Below are positions 20,630 to 32,357 of a DNA stretch of 64,000 nucleotides, in pieces; within the stretch, counting starts at the first letter, position 1; each line of letters begins with the position of its first letter. Source of the DNA: Deinococcus sp. (GTDB lineage Bacteria; Deinococcota; Deinococci; Deinococcales; Deinococcaceae); contig OZ253375.1 of NCBI GenBank assembly GCA_965261005.1, positions 2,432,001 through 2,496,000 on the forward strand. The letters run 5' to 3'. Made by a program: the position numbers and the translations under genes. The notes beneath the pieces were generated by a model that ran no database searches, was not told the DNA's origin, and saw only the letters and a list, made by a program, of their open reading frames with translations.

Positions 20630-20897
20630 TCATGGTCTTGCGGTGACGGCCCTCAACTCGGTGAGCGCGTCCCGGACAAGCGGCCCAAAGTCTCGCCGAT
20701 TGGCTTCGTCGAGCCAGCGCCCGAACGCCACCTTGAACACCGCCATTCCGGCGTCGGCGGCCAAAGTGGCGGCGGGGTTTCATCACATCGCGCCCCCGAA
20801 GAGCACCTCGCGCTTGTCGGCGAGGCCCACGCCCACCGTAGAGTTCCAGCGCCGCCCACTCAAGCCGGCCGCCCATGTCTGGCGCCCATCGCTCCAT
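20630..20897 (-). pseudogene. TetR-family regulator, internally deleted and frameshifted
   Basis: N-terminus MERWAPDMGGRLEWAALELYGGRG; in another frame the C-terminus AATLAADAGMAVFKVAFGRWLDE..DALTELRAVT; HTH core missing. Confidence 0.7.
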
Positions 20898-20926
20898 CCT
20901 CCCATTTTATCCTTGACGGCCGCACT

Positions 20927-20975
20927 GTTGACAGCGCCTGACATCAGGATTACCCTGATGTCATTCAGCGACATC
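20927..20975. promoter_or_regulatory. TetR-type operators between divergent genes
   Basis: GTTGAC-N7-GACATC and GATGTC-N7-GACATC; perfect IR TGACATCAGG-N5-CCTGATGTCA. Confidence 0.6.
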
Positions 20976-21046
20976 GTTCGCTCACGCGTCTGGGCGTTGG
21001 CGAAATGGCCGTTGATGAAAACAATTCACCACCGGAGGATTTACCC

Positions 21047-21955
21047 ATGCGTGTATTTGTGACCGGCGCGTCCGGCTTTATCGGCTCTGCCGTCGTCCCC
21101 GAACTCATTCGAGCGGGCCACCAAGTCACCGGACTTGCCCGCTCGGACGCCTCGGCCGCCGCCGTCGCCGCCATGGGCGCCGAGGTGCTGCGCGGCGACC
21201 TCGACGATCTTGAGACCCTGCACCGCGCGGCAGCTGACTCAGACGGTGTGATTCAGCTCGCCTTCAAGCATGACCTCGCCTTTTCGGGCGCGATGCAAGA
21301 CGCCGCTCAGGCTGACTTGGCCGCAATCGAAGCGTTTGGGGACGCCCTTAAAAGTTCGGATAAGCCGCTGGTGATCGCTTCCGGCGTACTGGGGTTGTCA
21401 CTGGGGCAACTCGCCACCGAACAAGATCAGCCCAGCGGGGCCAGAAACTACCGCAGGATCGCCGCTCAAACCACCCTTGACCTTGCCGGTCAGGGCGTGC
21501 GCTCGTCCGTCGTTCGGCTCTCGCCCACCGTTCATGGTGAGGGCGACAACGGCTTTATGGCGTCCATCATCAACATTGCCCGTCAGACCGGCGTTTCCGG
21601 TTACGTAGCGGATGGCGAGAATCGCTGGCCCGCCGTACATCGCCTCGACGCCGCGCGCCTCTTCCGCTTGGCCGCCGAGCAGGCTCCCGCCGGTTCTGTG
21701 TTGCATGGTGTGGCCGAAGAAGGGGTCAAGATTCGCGACGTGGCCGAGGTGATCGGGCGTCACCTGAACTTGCCGGTGGTCTCGGTGCCGCGGGAAGAAG
21801 CCGCTCAGCATTTCAGCTGGCTGGGCGGCTTCATCGGCTTGGATAGTCCGGCCTCCAGCGCGCTGACCCGCGAGCTGCTGGGCTGGCAGCCGACCCATCC
21901 CGGTCTGCTGGGCGATCTCGATCAGGGGCACTACTTCGGCACGCCGTCCGCGTAA
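21047..21955 (+). CDS. Atypical SDR / NAD-dependent epimerase-dehydratase family oxidoreductase
   Basis: MRVFVTGASGFIGS, WPAVHRLDAA; GGAGG RBS. Confidence 0.88.
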   Translation: MRVFVTGASGFIGSAVVPELIRAGHQVTGLARSDASAAAVAAMGAEVLRGDLDDLETLHRAAADSDGVIQLAFKHDLAFSGAMQDAAQADLAAIEAFGDALKSSDKPLVIASGVLGLSLGQLATEQDQPSGARNYRRIAAQTTLDLAGQGVRSSVVRLSPTVHGEGDNGFMASIINIARQTGVSGYVADGENRWPAVHRLDAARLFRLAAEQAPAGSVLHGVAEEGVKIRDVAEVIGRHLNLPVVSVPREEAAQHFSWLGGFIGLDSPASSALTRELLGWQPTHPGLLGDLDQGHYFGTPSA

Positions 21956-22054
21956 TGCCGAGTTCGCCGCCCCTTATTTTGCTCCACCTCTTTTGCTACA
22001 CTTCCAAGTTGCGGCACGGCCCGAGGGGGCCGGCCGGCGGAATGGAGGTGAACC

Positions 22055-22363
22055 ATGCAACAGTATGACCTCAACCTGATTCTCAATCCCAGCTTGTCCA
22101 GCGAACAAGTCGGCACCGAGAAGACGTACGTCGAGAACACGTTCAAGGCGGCCGGCGCCGAGATGATCGGCCTCGAAGAACCCGGCAACCGCCGCCTCGC
22201 CTACGCCATAGACAAGGAGCGCGAAGGCTACTTCTTGTCGTACCGCCTGAAAATGAACGGCAACCCGGAACAGAGCGTTGGCAGCGTTTTGCGCCTGCGC
22301 GACAACGTGCGGCGCGTCCTGATCGTGCGCGACCGGCCCGAGTGGAAGACCAAGAAACCCTGA
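22055..22363 (+). CDS. rpsF: 30S ribosomal protein S6
   Basis: YDLNLILNP, GNRRLAYAI; operon order. Confidence 0.95.
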   Translation: MQQYDLNLILNPSLSSEQVGTEKTYVENTFKAAGAEMIGLEEPGNRRLAYAIDKEREGYFLSYRLKMNGNPEQSVGSVLRLRDNVRRVLIVRDRPEWKTKKP

Positions 22364-22387
22364 CCCTGAGAAACCAACGTCGGGGAC

Positions 22388-22426
22388 TTGTGTGAAGGGT
22401 GAGTCCGTGTTATGCTGTCAGCAGAA
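22388..22426 (+). promoter_or_regulatory. Internal ssb promoter with radiation-desiccation response motif (RDRM, DdrO box)
   Basis: TTGTGT-17-TATGCT; 17-bp TTATGC-TGTCA-GCAGAA (22410-22426) overlaps the -10. Confidence 0.8.
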
Positions 22427-22524
22427 GTGAGCGGCCATTTTATCCGGCGCACTTCATTTTTTGGGCACCGCCTATTCCGCAGCAGTCCGTCCAGCAGACC
22501 TATCACTTTTGTAAGGAGACCAAC

Positions 22525-23403
<879 letters not shown>

Positions 23404-23422
23404 AGCGGCATGAGGAGAGCGT

Positions 23423-23692
23423 ATGCCCACCACCACCGAACGCAAGCCGCGGGGCAAAGGCCCCAAGCGGCCGCGCAAGCCCAAGGTTGACCCGTTCTCG
23501 ATCGGCGAGTTGGAGATCACCGATTACAAGGACGTCAAGATGCTGCGGCGCTTTGTCAGCGACAGCGGCAAGATTTTGCCGCGCCGCCGCACCGGCCTGA
23601 GCGCCAAGAATCAGCGGCGCCTCTCCGGCACCATCAAGATCGCGCGCCAACTGGCCCTCTTGCCCTACACCGAGAAGCTGGTGCGCAAGTGA
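23423..23692 (+). CDS. rpsR: 30S ribosomal protein S18
   Basis: [32 protein letters not shown]. Confidence 0.97.
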   Translation: MPTTTERKPRGKGPKRPRKPKVDPFSIGELEITDYKDVKMLRRFVSDSGKILPRRRTGLSAKNQRRLSGTIKIARQLALLPYTEKLVRK

Positions 23693-24129
23693 ACGTCATT
23701 CTGCTGGAGCCGGTCAGCAAGCTGGGCAAGACCGGCGAGGTCGTGAGCGTCAAGCCCGGCTACGCCCGCAACTTCCTGGTGCCGCAGGGCCTCGCGCTGC
23801 CGGCCAGCGAGCGCAACATGAAGACGCTGGAGGCGCGCGTAAAGGCGCGCGAAAAGCAGTCGGCCAGGGACAAGGCGAGCGCCGAGGCCCTGGGCGAGAA
23901 GCTTCAGAACGAGACCGTGACCCTGCACGTGCGCGCGGGCGAGGGCAAGATCTACGGCGCCATCACGCCTGGCGACGTGGCGCAGGCCCTCGCCAAGCAG
24001 GGCTATGACGTGGACCGCCGCAAGCTGGACATGCCCAAGGCCATCAAGGAGACCGGCGAGTACGAAATTTCGTACAAGGCGCACCCCGAGGTGAGTGTGC
24101 CGGTCAAGCTGCTGATCACGGCGCAGTAA
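23689..24129 (+). CDS. rplI: 50S ribosomal protein L9
   Basis: [21 protein letters not shown]. Confidence 0.97.
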   Translation: MNVILLEPVSKLGKTGEVVSVKPGYARNFLVPQGLALPASERNMKTLEARVKAREKQSARDKASAEALGEKLQNETVTLHVRAGEGKIYGAITPGDVAQALAKQGYDVDRRKLDMPKAIKETGEYEISYKAHPEVSVPVKLLITAQ

Positions 24130-24148
24130 AAGAAGCAAGAAAAACAAC

Positions 24149-24180
24149 AAAAAAGAGGCCCCGAGTGGGCCTCTTTTTTG
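24149..24180 (+). terminator. Terminator of rpsF operon
   Basis: AAAAAAGAGGCCC-CGAGT-GGGCCTCTTTTTT. Confidence 0.85.
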
Positions 24181-24244
24181 TTGTGAACGTTCAAATGTTG
24201 AAAGCGACCTGCCGCGCGGAGGCCCCTTCGCTACACTGCTTGCC

Positions 24245-24988
24245 ATGAAGATTGCCGTTCTCGCCGACCTGCACGCCAATTTGAGCGCCACCTTGGCGGT
24301 GCATGCGGACATCCGGCGGCGCGGGGTATCAGCCATATGGGTGTTGGGCGACTTGGTGGGCAAGGGGCCGCGCCCGCGCGAAACCGTGGCGTGGGCCATG
24401 ACCCACGCCGACAAGGTGGTGCAGGGCAATTGGGACGCCCGCGTGGCCGGCGCCAGCCACCGCCCGCAGGACTTGTGGCCGCGCGCCCAATTGACGCCGG
24501 GTCAGCTCGCTTACCTTTCCCAGCTGCCGTTCGGCTTCGAGGAAAAGTATTGCGGCCTGACCTGGCGCTTCGTCCACGCCTCCAGCAAGAGCGTGTTTCA
24601 TCGCCTGTATCCGCACGCCAGCTTGCACGACCAGCTGTGCGCCTTTGAGCCGAACCCCGAGGTGGGGCTGTTCGGGCGGGCCGACGCGCTGGTGTACGCC
24701 GACATTCACGAGGCGCTGCTGCTCGACGTGGAGGGGCGTCCCCTGATCAACTGCGGCAGCGTGGGCAATCCGCTCGACTCCACGCTGGCCTGCTACCTGC
24801 TGTTGGAGTTCGACGATTGCGGCTATAGCGTCTCCTTTGTGCGCTTGGCCTATGACCGCGCCGGCGAGATCGCGGCGGCCGAGGCGTCGGGCATGCCCTT
24901 CACGCGCGAATACGTGCAAGAGCTGCTGACCGGCGCCTACCAAAAGCGGCGGGCGCGGGGGGGCGCGTTTGAGGAGGAGGCGTCCTGA
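24245..24988 (+). CDS. Calcineurin-like metallophosphoesterase
   Basis: ADLHAN, GDLVGKGP, GNWD, FVHA, NCGSVG. Confidence 0.85.
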   Translation: MKIAVLADLHANLSATLAVHADIRRRGVSAIWVLGDLVGKGPRPRETVAWAMTHADKVVQGNWDARVAGASHRPQDLWPRAQLTPGQLAYLSQLPFGFEEKYCGLTWRFVHASSKSVFHRLYPHASLHDQLCAFEPNPEVGLFGRADALVYADIHEALLLDVEGRPLINCGSVGNPLDSTLACYLLLEFDDCGYSVSFVRLAYDRAGEIAAAEASGMPFTREYVQELLTGAYQKRRARGGAFEEEAS

Positions 24989-24997
24989 GTTCGGCGT

Positions 24998-26326
24998 TCA
25001 GGTCCAGCGCTCAACGTAAGCGTCCACGTCGAACTTGCGCCTCAGGCCCGCCTCGCCGGCGCTTCTGACGGTGCCGTACACCGGCCGGGCGCCCCAGGGG
25101 CGGTCGTGGCCACCGAAAATCCAGGCGACGTTGGTGTAGCTGTTGGGATCGCGCCCGTCCAGAAAGTACTTGTCGTTCAGGTACAGCAGCGTGGCGTGCG
25201 CCTCTTGAGGGGTGGCCGACCACTCCAGCACCTTTTTGCCCCAGTAGATGCGCATGTAGTTGGCCATGCGCCCGGTCCTAACCATCTCGGTCTGGGCGGC
25301 GTTCCAGGCGGGGTCGTGGGTGCGCGCGGCCTCGAAGTCGGCGCGGGCGTAGAGGTGGGGGCGCGGGTCGCCCTCGTGTTCGGCGAGCGTCCGGCGCGCC
25401 CACTCGGGCAAACCGGCGTAGCGGTCGTAGTCGGGGTTGAACTCGCAGAAGTTGAGCGCCAATTCGCGGCGCACCACCAACTCCTCCAGAAAGGCGGCGC
25501 TCGCGGGGTGTTCCCGCGCCTCCAGCGCCACCCGCAGCGGCGAAAGTTGCCCGTAGTGCAGGTACGCCGATAAGCGCGATGCGGCCCCGGCGTTGGGGTC
25601 GTTGCGCTCGGCGTCGTAGCGGCCCAGGTCACGGTCCACAAAGGCGCTCAGCCGCGCTATGCCGGCCTCGCTGCCGCCCGTTTCCGCGCCGGGGGGCACG
25701 CCCTCGTCCGCGCCGAGCCGCCGCACCAGGGCCGGAACGTCGGTGAGGTCGAGGTCGCCCGGCAGGTCCGGTGAGCCGTGAAGGGCGTCTTGCGCCTCCA
25801 CCGGCACCAGGTACTTCTCCAGCAAGCGCTGCACCTTCGGCCGCAGGGTGCGCGCCGCCCACTCCCGCTTGTCCGAAACCGTGTTGACCGGAATGACGGC
25901 GTCGCTCTCGACTTGAACAAAGGGGACGTGCAGCTGCTCGGCCAGCTAGCCTCGCCAAGCCCTCAGCGGGCGCAGGTAGGCGCGGTCGGTCACGACCAGC
26001 GAGGCGTCCCCGGCGAGTTCAAGCGCTCCTCTCGGCGCCTCAACTTCCCGTACCAGCAAGTCCAGCCCACGCCGCCGCAGCCCGGCCCTCGCGTCGCGCA
26101 GTCCCTCCAGCAAAAAGGTGAACGAGCGCACGTTGGCGTTCGGGTAACCGGCGGTCAGGCCGAAGTAGACCGCGAGCGGTTGCCCGAGGGCGTTCGCTCG
26201 CTCAAGGGCGTACTCCAGCGCGTGGTTGTCCTCGGCGCGCGCCGAGGCTTGCATCCAGTACAGCACGTAGCGGCCACCGATCGGCTCGCCGGGCCGCAAA
26301 ATTTTCACGCGCTCTGGCTGGATCAT
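24998..26326 (-). pseudogene. phr: Class II CPD DNA photolyase interrupted by in-frame TAG at 25946-25948
   Basis: [75 protein letters not shown]. Confidence 0.85.
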
Positions 26327-26436
26327 GCGGACGTTGTAGAGGGTTTGCGCCGCGCGAACTGTCAGCCCCGGCAACCTTTATAAACTCTCAATTCACGGGG
26401 CCGGCGGGCGTGTTGGGGCCGGGGGTAAACTGGCGC

Positions 26437-28434
26437 ATGACCACCGAACCCGCGACCAAAACGACCAACCTGGATCAGCTGTCCATAGATACCATTCGCA
26501 CCCTCGCGCTCGACACCGTGGAGCGGGCGGGGAACGGCCACCCCGGCGCTCCCCTCGGCATGGCGCCGATGGCCTACGTGCTGTGGACCAAGTTTCTGCG
26601 CTTCAACCCCCAGGACCCGTATTGGATGGGCCGCGACCGCTTTGTGCTGTCCCCTGGGCACGCCAGCGCGCTGATCTACACGCTGCTGCACCTGACCGGC
26701 TACGACCTGAGCGTGGACGACCTCAAGAACTTCCGCGAGTGGGGCAGCAAGACGCCCGGCCACCCGGAGTTTCACCACACCCACGGCCTCGACGCCACGA
26801 CCGGCCCGCTGGGGCAGGGCGCGGCCATGACGGTCGGCATGGCCCTGGCGGAGGCGCACCTCGCCGCGCGTTACAACCGCGAGGGGTTCGAGCTGTTCAA
26901 CAACCACACCTACGCCATCGTGTCGGACGGGGACTTGCAGGAGGGCGTCAGCCACGAGGCGGCCAGCCTGGCGGGGCACCTTCGGCTGGGCAAGCTGATC
27001 TGGCTGTACGACGACAACGACGTGCAGCTCGACTCGGCCACCAACGTCAGCTTCAGCGACGAGACGACCGGACGCTTCGAGGCTTACGGCTGGCGGGTCT
27101 TGCAGGTTCACGACGGCAACGACACCGCCGCCATCGAGCAGGCCATTCACGCGGCGCGCGAGCAAGGCGGCCAGCCCACCCTGATCCGGGTCAAGACCAT
27201 TATCGGCTACGGTTTGCCCAAGTCGGGCACCAGCAAGGTCCACGGCGAGGCGCCCAGCGCCGAGGACGTGGCGGCGGCCAAGCAGCTGTACGGCTGGACC
27301 TACCCGGAACCCTTCACCGTGCCAGAGGAGGTGCGGGCGCACATGGACGTCACCGAGCGCGGCGCGCGTCAGGAGCAGGCTTGGAACGAGTTGCGTGACG
27401 CCTACAAGGCGGCCCATCCAGAACTGGCTGGGGAACTCGACCTCGCCATTCGCGGCGACCTGCCGGAGGGCTGGAACGCCGATTTGCCCAGCTTCGAGGC
27501 GGGCGGCAAGCCGGTGGCGACCCGGGTGGCCAGCGGCAAGGCCCTCAACGCCATTGCGAAGCGCGTCCCCGAATTGATCGGCGGCAGCGCCGATCTGGCC
27601 GGCTCCACCAAGACCAACATCGAGGGTGAGGCCTTTACCAAAATCGGCGAGTTCGGCGGGCGCAACATCTACTTCGGCGTGCGCGAGTTCGGCATGGCCG
27701 CCGCCGCCAACGGCATGAGTCTCTACAGCGGCCTGCGCCCCTACGTGGGCACCTTCATGGTGTTCAGCGACTACCTCAAGGCGGCCCTGCGCCTCTCAGC
27801 CCTGATGAACCAGCCGGTGATCTACGTGTTCACCCACGACTCCATCGGCCTCGGGGCCGACGGCCCGACCCACCAGCCCATCGAGCAGCTCGCGCAGCTG
27901 CGCGCCACCCCCAACGTGCAGGTCTTCCGCCCCGCCGACGCCAACGAGACCGCCGCCGTGTGGCAGATGGCCGTGGAACGCAAAGACGGCCCCAGCGCCC
28001 TGATCCTGTCGCGCCAAGACCTGCCCATTCTGGCCCGCAACCACCAAGGGGTGCGGCGCGGCGCCTATGTCGTGCGTGAGGCCGAGGGCGGCGCGCAGGT
28101 CATCCTGATCGCCACCGGCTCGGAAGTTCACCTGGCCCTCGACGCGGCCGACCTGCTGGCGGGTGAGGGCGTCCGGGCGCGGGTGGTCAGCATGCCCAGC
28201 ATGGAAGTCTTCCGCGCGCAGGACAAGGCGTATCAGGACTCGATTTTGACCCCCTTTGTTAAGCGGGTCGCCATCGAGGCCGCCTCGCCGCTCGGTTGGC
28301 ACGAGTGGGTGGGCTTGGAGGGCGCCGTGATCGCCATGCACGGCTTCGGCGCCAGCGCCCCTTACCAGATTCTGATGGAGAAGTTCGGCTTCACCCCACA
28401 GAACGTGGCAAAGGTGGCGAAGGGGATTTTGTAA
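26437..28434 (+). CDS. tkt: Transketolase
   Basis: [40 protein letters not shown]. Confidence 0.97.
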   Translation: MTTEPATKTTNLDQLSIDTIRTLALDTVERAGNGHPGAPLGMAPMAYVLWTKFLRFNPQDPYWMGRDRFVLSPGHASALIYTLLHLTGYDLSVDDLKNFREWGSKTPGHPEFHHTHGLDATTGPLGQGAAMTVGMALAEAHLAARYNREGFELFNNHTYAIVSDGDLQEGVSHEAASLAGHLRLGKLIWLYDDNDVQLDSATNVSFSDETTGRFEAYGWRVLQVHDGNDTAAIEQAIHAAREQGGQPTLIRVKTIIGYGLPKSGTSKVHGEAPSAEDVAAAKQLYGWTYPEPFTVPEEVRAHMDVTERGARQEQAWNELRDAYKAAHPELAGELDLAIRGDLPEGWNADLPSFEAGGKPVATRVASGKALNAIAKRVPELIGGSADLAGSTKTNIEGEAFTKIGEFGGRNIYFGVREFGMAAAANGMSLYSGLRPYVGTFMVFSDYLKAALRLSALMNQPVIYVFTHDSIGLGADGPTHQPIEQLAQLRATPNVQVFRPADANETAAVWQMAVERKDGPSALILSRQDLPILARNHQGVRRGAYVVREAEGGAQVILIATGSEVHLALDAADLLAGEGVRARVVSMPSMEVFRAQDKAYQDSILTPFVKRVAIEAASPLGWHEWVGLEGAVIAMHGFGASAPYQILMEKFGFTPQNVAKVAKGIL

Positions 28435-28479
28435 AGGAAAAGGGAAAGGGGCGGAGGGCTGTTTTGCTCTCCGCCTTCA

Positions 28480-28631
28480 CGGGCGGCCAGGGGGCGGCGA
28501 TCTTGAGCGACAGTTCCAGGCCAGGGCCGAAGTTGCCGCGCCCGATGAAGGCGACGCTCTGCGGCTTGAAGCCAAACAGAAGTCAAGTCAGGGTCGGCCC
28601 AGCAGAACGTTTTGCCGGAAAGCTGTTTCAC
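28480..28631 (-). pseudogene. HicA N-terminal stub joined to an XRE-HTH fragment
   Basis: GTG overlapping hicB stop gives MKQLSGKTFC, then breaks; another frame gives QSVAFIGRGNFGPGLELSLKIAA. Confidence 0.4.
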
Positions 28632-28795
28632 AAGATGGGGAGCGCGTCCACCGACAGATACCCCTCGATGGCCTCGCGCACGTTATCCATCAGTTTTTCA
28701 AGGGTGTCGCCCTGAGAAGCGCAGCCGGGGAGCGCGGGCACCTCAGCCCAGTAGCCGCCCTCCTCGGCGTCGTGAACGATGACCTTGAGTTTCAT
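28628..28795 (-). CDS. HicB-family antitoxin (55 aa; not in ORF track)
   Basis: MKLKVIVHDAEEGGYWAEVPALPGCASQGDTLEKLMDNVREAIEGYL. Confidence 0.85.
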   Translation of the reverse strand: MKLKVIVHDAEEGGYWAEVPALPGCASQGDTLEKLMDNVREAIEGYLSVDALPIL

Positions 28796-28856
28796 GCCTG
28801 CATTGTAAAGGTTGTTTCCCTCGCCCCTTGCGCCCTTCGCCCTTATCCTTGAGCGA

Positions 28857-29486
28857 ATGCAAGCCGAATCAGCACAACCTCAGCGCGGACTTTTGATCGT
28901 CATTTCGGGCGCGTCGGGCGTGGGCAAGAACACCCTCTGCGCGCGCCTGCTGCGGCGGGTGCCGATGCACTTCTCGGTGTCGTGGACGACCCGGCCGCAG
29001 CGCCCCGGCGAGGTGGACGGGCAGGACTACCACTTTCGCAGCCGCGCGGCGTTTCTGGCCGAGCTGGAACTGGGCGGCGGCTTTTTCGAGCACGCCGAGT
29101 TTGTGGGCAACCTGTACGGCACGCCGCGCGCCCCGCTGGAAGCGGCCCTGGCGCGCGGCGAACACGTGCTGCTGGACATCGAGCTGGCGGGCGCCTTGCA
29201 GGTCGCGCGGCTCGCGCCGGAGGCCGTGCTGGTCTTCGTGCTGCCACCCAGCTTCAGCGAACTGCGCGCCCGGTTGCTGCGGCGCGGCACCGAGACGCCT
29301 CAAAAGATCGAGGACCGCCTGGAACGCGCCCGGCAAGACATCAAGGCGGCGCAGCGCTTTCACTACATCGTGGTCAACGACGAGGTCGAGGCGGCGGTGG
29401 CCGATTTGGAGGCCATCGTGCGCGCCGAGTTGCTGCGCTCGAAGCGCATGGAGATGGCCGAACTGGACCGGGTGGCGGGCAGCTGA
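28857..29486 (+). CDS. gmk: Guanylate kinase
   Basis: [32 protein letters not shown]. Confidence 0.95.
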   Translation: MQAESAQPQRGLLIVISGASGVGKNTLCARLLRRVPMHFSVSWTTRPQRPGEVDGQDYHFRSRAAFLAELELGGGFFEHAEFVGNLYGTPRAPLEAALARGEHVLLDIELAGALQVARLAPEAVLVFVLPPSFSELRARLLRRGTETPQKIEDRLERARQDIKAAQRFHYIVVNDEVEAAVADLEAIVRAELLRSKRMEMAELDRVAGS

Positions 29487-30001
29487 TGCCGCTTTCGCTG
29501 GTTCAAGGCGACATTGCCCTTCAGGGTGCGGACGCCCTGGTGACGGCGGCGAACGCGCAGCTCGCGGGCGGCGGCGGCGTGGACGGCGCCATTCACCGGG
29601 CGGCCGGGCCAGAACTGCTGCGCTTTATTCGCCAATTGGGCGGCTGCCCCACCGGCTCGGCGGTCATCTCGCCAGCTTTTGACTTGGCGGAACGCGGGGT
29701 GAAGTACGTGATTCACGCGGTCGGCCCGGTGTGGCGCGGCGGCGAGTCGGGCGAACCCGATTTGCTCGCCTCGGCCTACCGCAGGAGCGTCGAATTGGCG
29801 CTGGAGCGTGGCTGCGCGAGCTTGGCCCTGCCGTCGCTGAGCACCGGCGTCTACGGCTACCGGCCGGCGCTGGCGGCCCCCGTGGCCGTGCGGGCGATTA
29901 CGGACGCCCTGAGCGGACATGACTTGGACGCGCGCCTGGTTTTGTTCGACCGGGAAAGCTTCGAGGTGTTCGGGCGCGCCTTGGCGGCCGTCGGCGAATA
30001 G
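29486..30001 (+). CDS. Macro-domain protein (O-acetyl-ADP-ribose deacetylase / YmdB-like)
   Basis: [32 protein letters not shown]. Confidence 0.9.
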   Translation: MPLSLVQGDIALQGADALVTAANAQLAGGGGVDGAIHRAAGPELLRFIRQLGGCPTGSAVISPAFDLAERGVKYVIHAVGPVWRGGESGEPDLLASAYRRSVELALERGCASLALPSLSTGVYGYRPALAAPVAVRAITDALSGHDLDARLVLFDRESFEVFGRALAAVGE

Positions 30002-30003
30002 AT

Positions 30004-30065
30004 TTGACTTCGCGTGCATACCGCGCTATACTTGTTTACATCAGTGGCCGAAAGGCCGCTTTTTT
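30004..30065 (+). ncRNA. Candidate promoter-terminator mini transcription unit (~30-nt hairpin RNA), copy 2
   Basis: TTGACT-TCGCGTGCATACCGCGC-TATACT, then ATCA-GTGGCC-GAAA-GGCCGC-TTTTTT. Confidence 0.5.
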
Positions 30066-30179
30066 GTTGCCACCTTTTTTGTTGCCCGCCTTCTGAGCTT
30101 ACGCCTTTCAAGCTTTTTCCAAACTTTGGCTCAAGGCGTGGGGCATCATCGGGGGCGGGGGCGGGTGCAGCATGGCCAG

Positions 30180-30944
30180 ATGGACTCATCAGCCCCGAAG
30201 CCTCCGCCGCAGAAGAAACGCGCGCGCGAAGCTTGGGACGCCTCGCGCACGAGGGGCGGCTTCGCGACGTTGACCGACAAGGCGCTGGAGGTGAACCGCC
30301 GCCTCGGCGAGGTCTACGGAGGGCGCGTCCACGAGCCGCGCCGCGAGCCGATGCACGAATTGATCTCCACCATCTTGTCGCAGCGCACCACTTGGCAAAA
30401 CGAGGATTTGGCCTACCGCCGCATGAAGGCGCGCTTTCCCACTTGGGACGACGTGGCGCGGGCTGACACGGCCGAACTGGCCGACGCCATCTCGCCGTCC
30501 AACTTCGCCGAGGTCAAGGCGCCCAACATCCAGCGCACCCTGAAGTACATCTGCGACAAGCGCGGCGACTACGACCTGTCGTTTCTGGCGGACCTCAGCC
30601 CCGAGGAGGGCATGGCCTGGCTGCTGGACTTGCCCGGCGTGGGCCTCAAGACCGCGAGCCTGGTGCTGCTGTTCTGCTTTCGCAAGCCGGTCTTGCCGGT
30701 GGACACCCACGTGCAGCGGGTCAGCGCCCGCACGGGGTTGATCGCACCGGGCGTGATGCACGAAGCGGCGCACCGCATTTTGCTGGAAGTGCTGCCGGGG
30801 GAGCCGGCCCTGCTGTACGACTTTCACATCAACCTTCTCAAGCACGGCCAAAAGGTGTGTACCTTTTCCCGGCCGCGCTGCTCGAAGTGCGTGTTGACGG
30901 ATATCTGTGACTACTTCGCCGACCCGGACACCGAGAAGTCTTGA
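30180..30944 (+). CDS. nth: Endonuclease III-family (HhH-GPD, 4Fe-4S) DNA glycosylase
   Basis: ILSQRT, LPGVGLKTA, PVDTHV, C-x6-C-x2-C-x5-C. Confidence 0.85.
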   Translation: MDSSAPKPPPQKKRAREAWDASRTRGGFATLTDKALEVNRRLGEVYGGRVHEPRREPMHELISTILSQRTTWQNEDLAYRRMKARFPTWDDVARADTAELADAISPSNFAEVKAPNIQRTLKYICDKRGDYDLSFLADLSPEEGMAWLLDLPGVGLKTASLVLLFCFRKPVLPVDTHVQRVSARTGLIAPGVMHEAAHRILLEVLPGEPALLYDFHINLLKHGQKVCTFSRPRCSKCVLTDICDYFADPDTEKS

Positions 30945-31165
30945 CCAAGGCGGACCTGAACGACTTGATGGCCCAGGTCATCCGGGCAAGCCGGCGCGCC
31001 CGTCAGCTTGCGCGCGCGGGCCACAACCCGGTGGCCCTCGCCAGCGCCGACCACTTCGAGCAGGGTGCGGCGACCGCCTACCGCAATCAAAACCGCGAGC
31101 AGTTGGAGCAAAACTTGCAGGCAGTTCAAGCCCTGGCCGCACAATTAGCCGTGCCGCGCGAATAA
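30941..31165 (+). CDS. Small hypothetical helical protein
   Basis: TTG start overlapping nth stop; host-like codon usage. Confidence 0.55.
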   Translation: MTKADLNDLMAQVIRASRRARQLARAGHNPVALASADHFEQGAATAYRNQNREQLEQNLQAVQALAAQLAVPRE

Positions 31166-31417
31166 CGGGGACTCTCTCAGCTTCGCCGCCGACTTACGGC
31201 TTTCTTAGCTGTGCATGAATAAATAAAAAAGCTCCGCCCGTAACCGTTTGTCCGAGTCTTTAAGCAGACTTGAACTGGTCTTCAAAAAGATTTTATAAGG
31301 TGAGGAAGTTTACATAGAAGGTTGCCCTCGCCCTTATGCTTGAGGCACGTCGGCTCAGTGTGCCTTCGTGAATGGAAAAGCTCTCATCAAAGAGGGTTTT
31401 GCCAAGGAGGAACAAAC

Positions 31418-31696
31418 ATGTGGGGTTGGATTGTTGCTATTCTCGTCGGCGCGCTGTGCGGATGGATTGCCAGCATCATCATGAAGACGAACGCTCAGCA
31501 GGGCGCCATCGCCAATATCGTGATCGGCATTGTCGGGGCGCTGCTGGCCAGTTGGATTTTCGGCTCTCTGCTCGGCATCGGCACGGCCATCGGTCAAAGT
31601 GCCGGCAACGGGTTCAATTTCTGGACCATTATCTGGGGCATCGTCGGCTCGGTCATCTTGATCGCCATTCTCAAGGCGCTCAGGGTCCTGCGCTAG
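31418..31696 (+). CDS. GlsB/YeaQ/YmgE family stress-response membrane protein
   Basis: [39 protein letters not shown]. Confidence 0.9.
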   Translation: MWGWIVAILVGALCGWIASIIMKTNAQQGAIANIVIGIVGALLASWIFGSLLGIGTAIGQSAGNGFNFWTIIWGIVGSVILIAILKALRVLR

Positions 31697-31712
31697 CCAA
31701 AAGTATCTGTTA

Positions 31713-31750
31713 GGAAGGCAGGGCGGGAATTCCCGCCCTGCTTCTTTTTG
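31713..31750. terminator. Terminator between convergent genes
   Basis: GCAGGGCGGG-AATT-CCCGCCCTGC followed by TTCTTTTT. Confidence 0.75.
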
Positions 31751-31752
31751 GT

Positions 31753-32277
31753 TTAAGCGCGGCGCGGGCGGGCCAGCAAGCTGCCCAGCAACAGCAAAAT
31801 CACGCCGACCACCACGCAGCTGTCGGCGATGTTGAAGATGGGGAAGTTGCCGGCGCCCAGCGCGCGGGTCACCGCCGAGAGGGCCGGCGAGTAGATCATG
31901 TCGGTGACCTGACCCCGAATCAGGCCGTCTATGGCGTTGCCCATCGCGCCCGCTGCGATGATGCCCAGCACGGCGGCGGTATAGCGGTCGGGCGGTTTGC
32001 GCCACACGTACACCAGGATGCCGAAGCCCACCGCCAGACGTAGAATCGCCAGCGGCAGCGCGCCGCCGCTGAAGAGGCTCCAAGCGGCGCCGGTGTTGAA
32101 GGTGAGATACCAGCCGAACACGCCCGGCACGACGCTGAAGGGTCCCTCGCCCGGCCTGAGGTTGGCCAGCGCCCAGGCCTTGAGCGCTTGGTCGGCCGCC
32201 AGCAAGAGGGCCGCGATCAGCAGGGGCGTCCAGCGCGCGAGCGGACGTGTTGGGGCGGAGGCGGGGGCGTTCTGCAC
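31753..32277 (-). CDS. lspA: Lipoprotein signal peptidase II
   Basis: [29 protein letters not shown]. Confidence 0.93.
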   Translation of the reverse strand: MQNAPASAPTRPLARWTPLLIAALLLAADQALKAWALANLRPGEGPFSVVPGVFGWYLTFNTGAAWSLFSGGALPLAILRLAVGFGILVYVWRKPPDRYTAAVLGIIAAGAMGNAIDGLIRGQVTDMIYSPALSAVTRALGAGNFPIFNIADSCVVVGVILLLLGSLLARPRRA

Positions 32278-32357
32278 GGGGAGAGTATACCGGGCAGAGC
32301 GTGCCCGGACGTGCGCGCGCCGCTTTCCCCGGCCCTCCAGGGTGTCAGACTGCCGAC

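Noticed and set aside
25946..25948. Pyrrolysine recoding of the photolyase TAG
   Set aside because: No pyl genes or suppressor tRNA in the window; nonsense mutation or error is simpler
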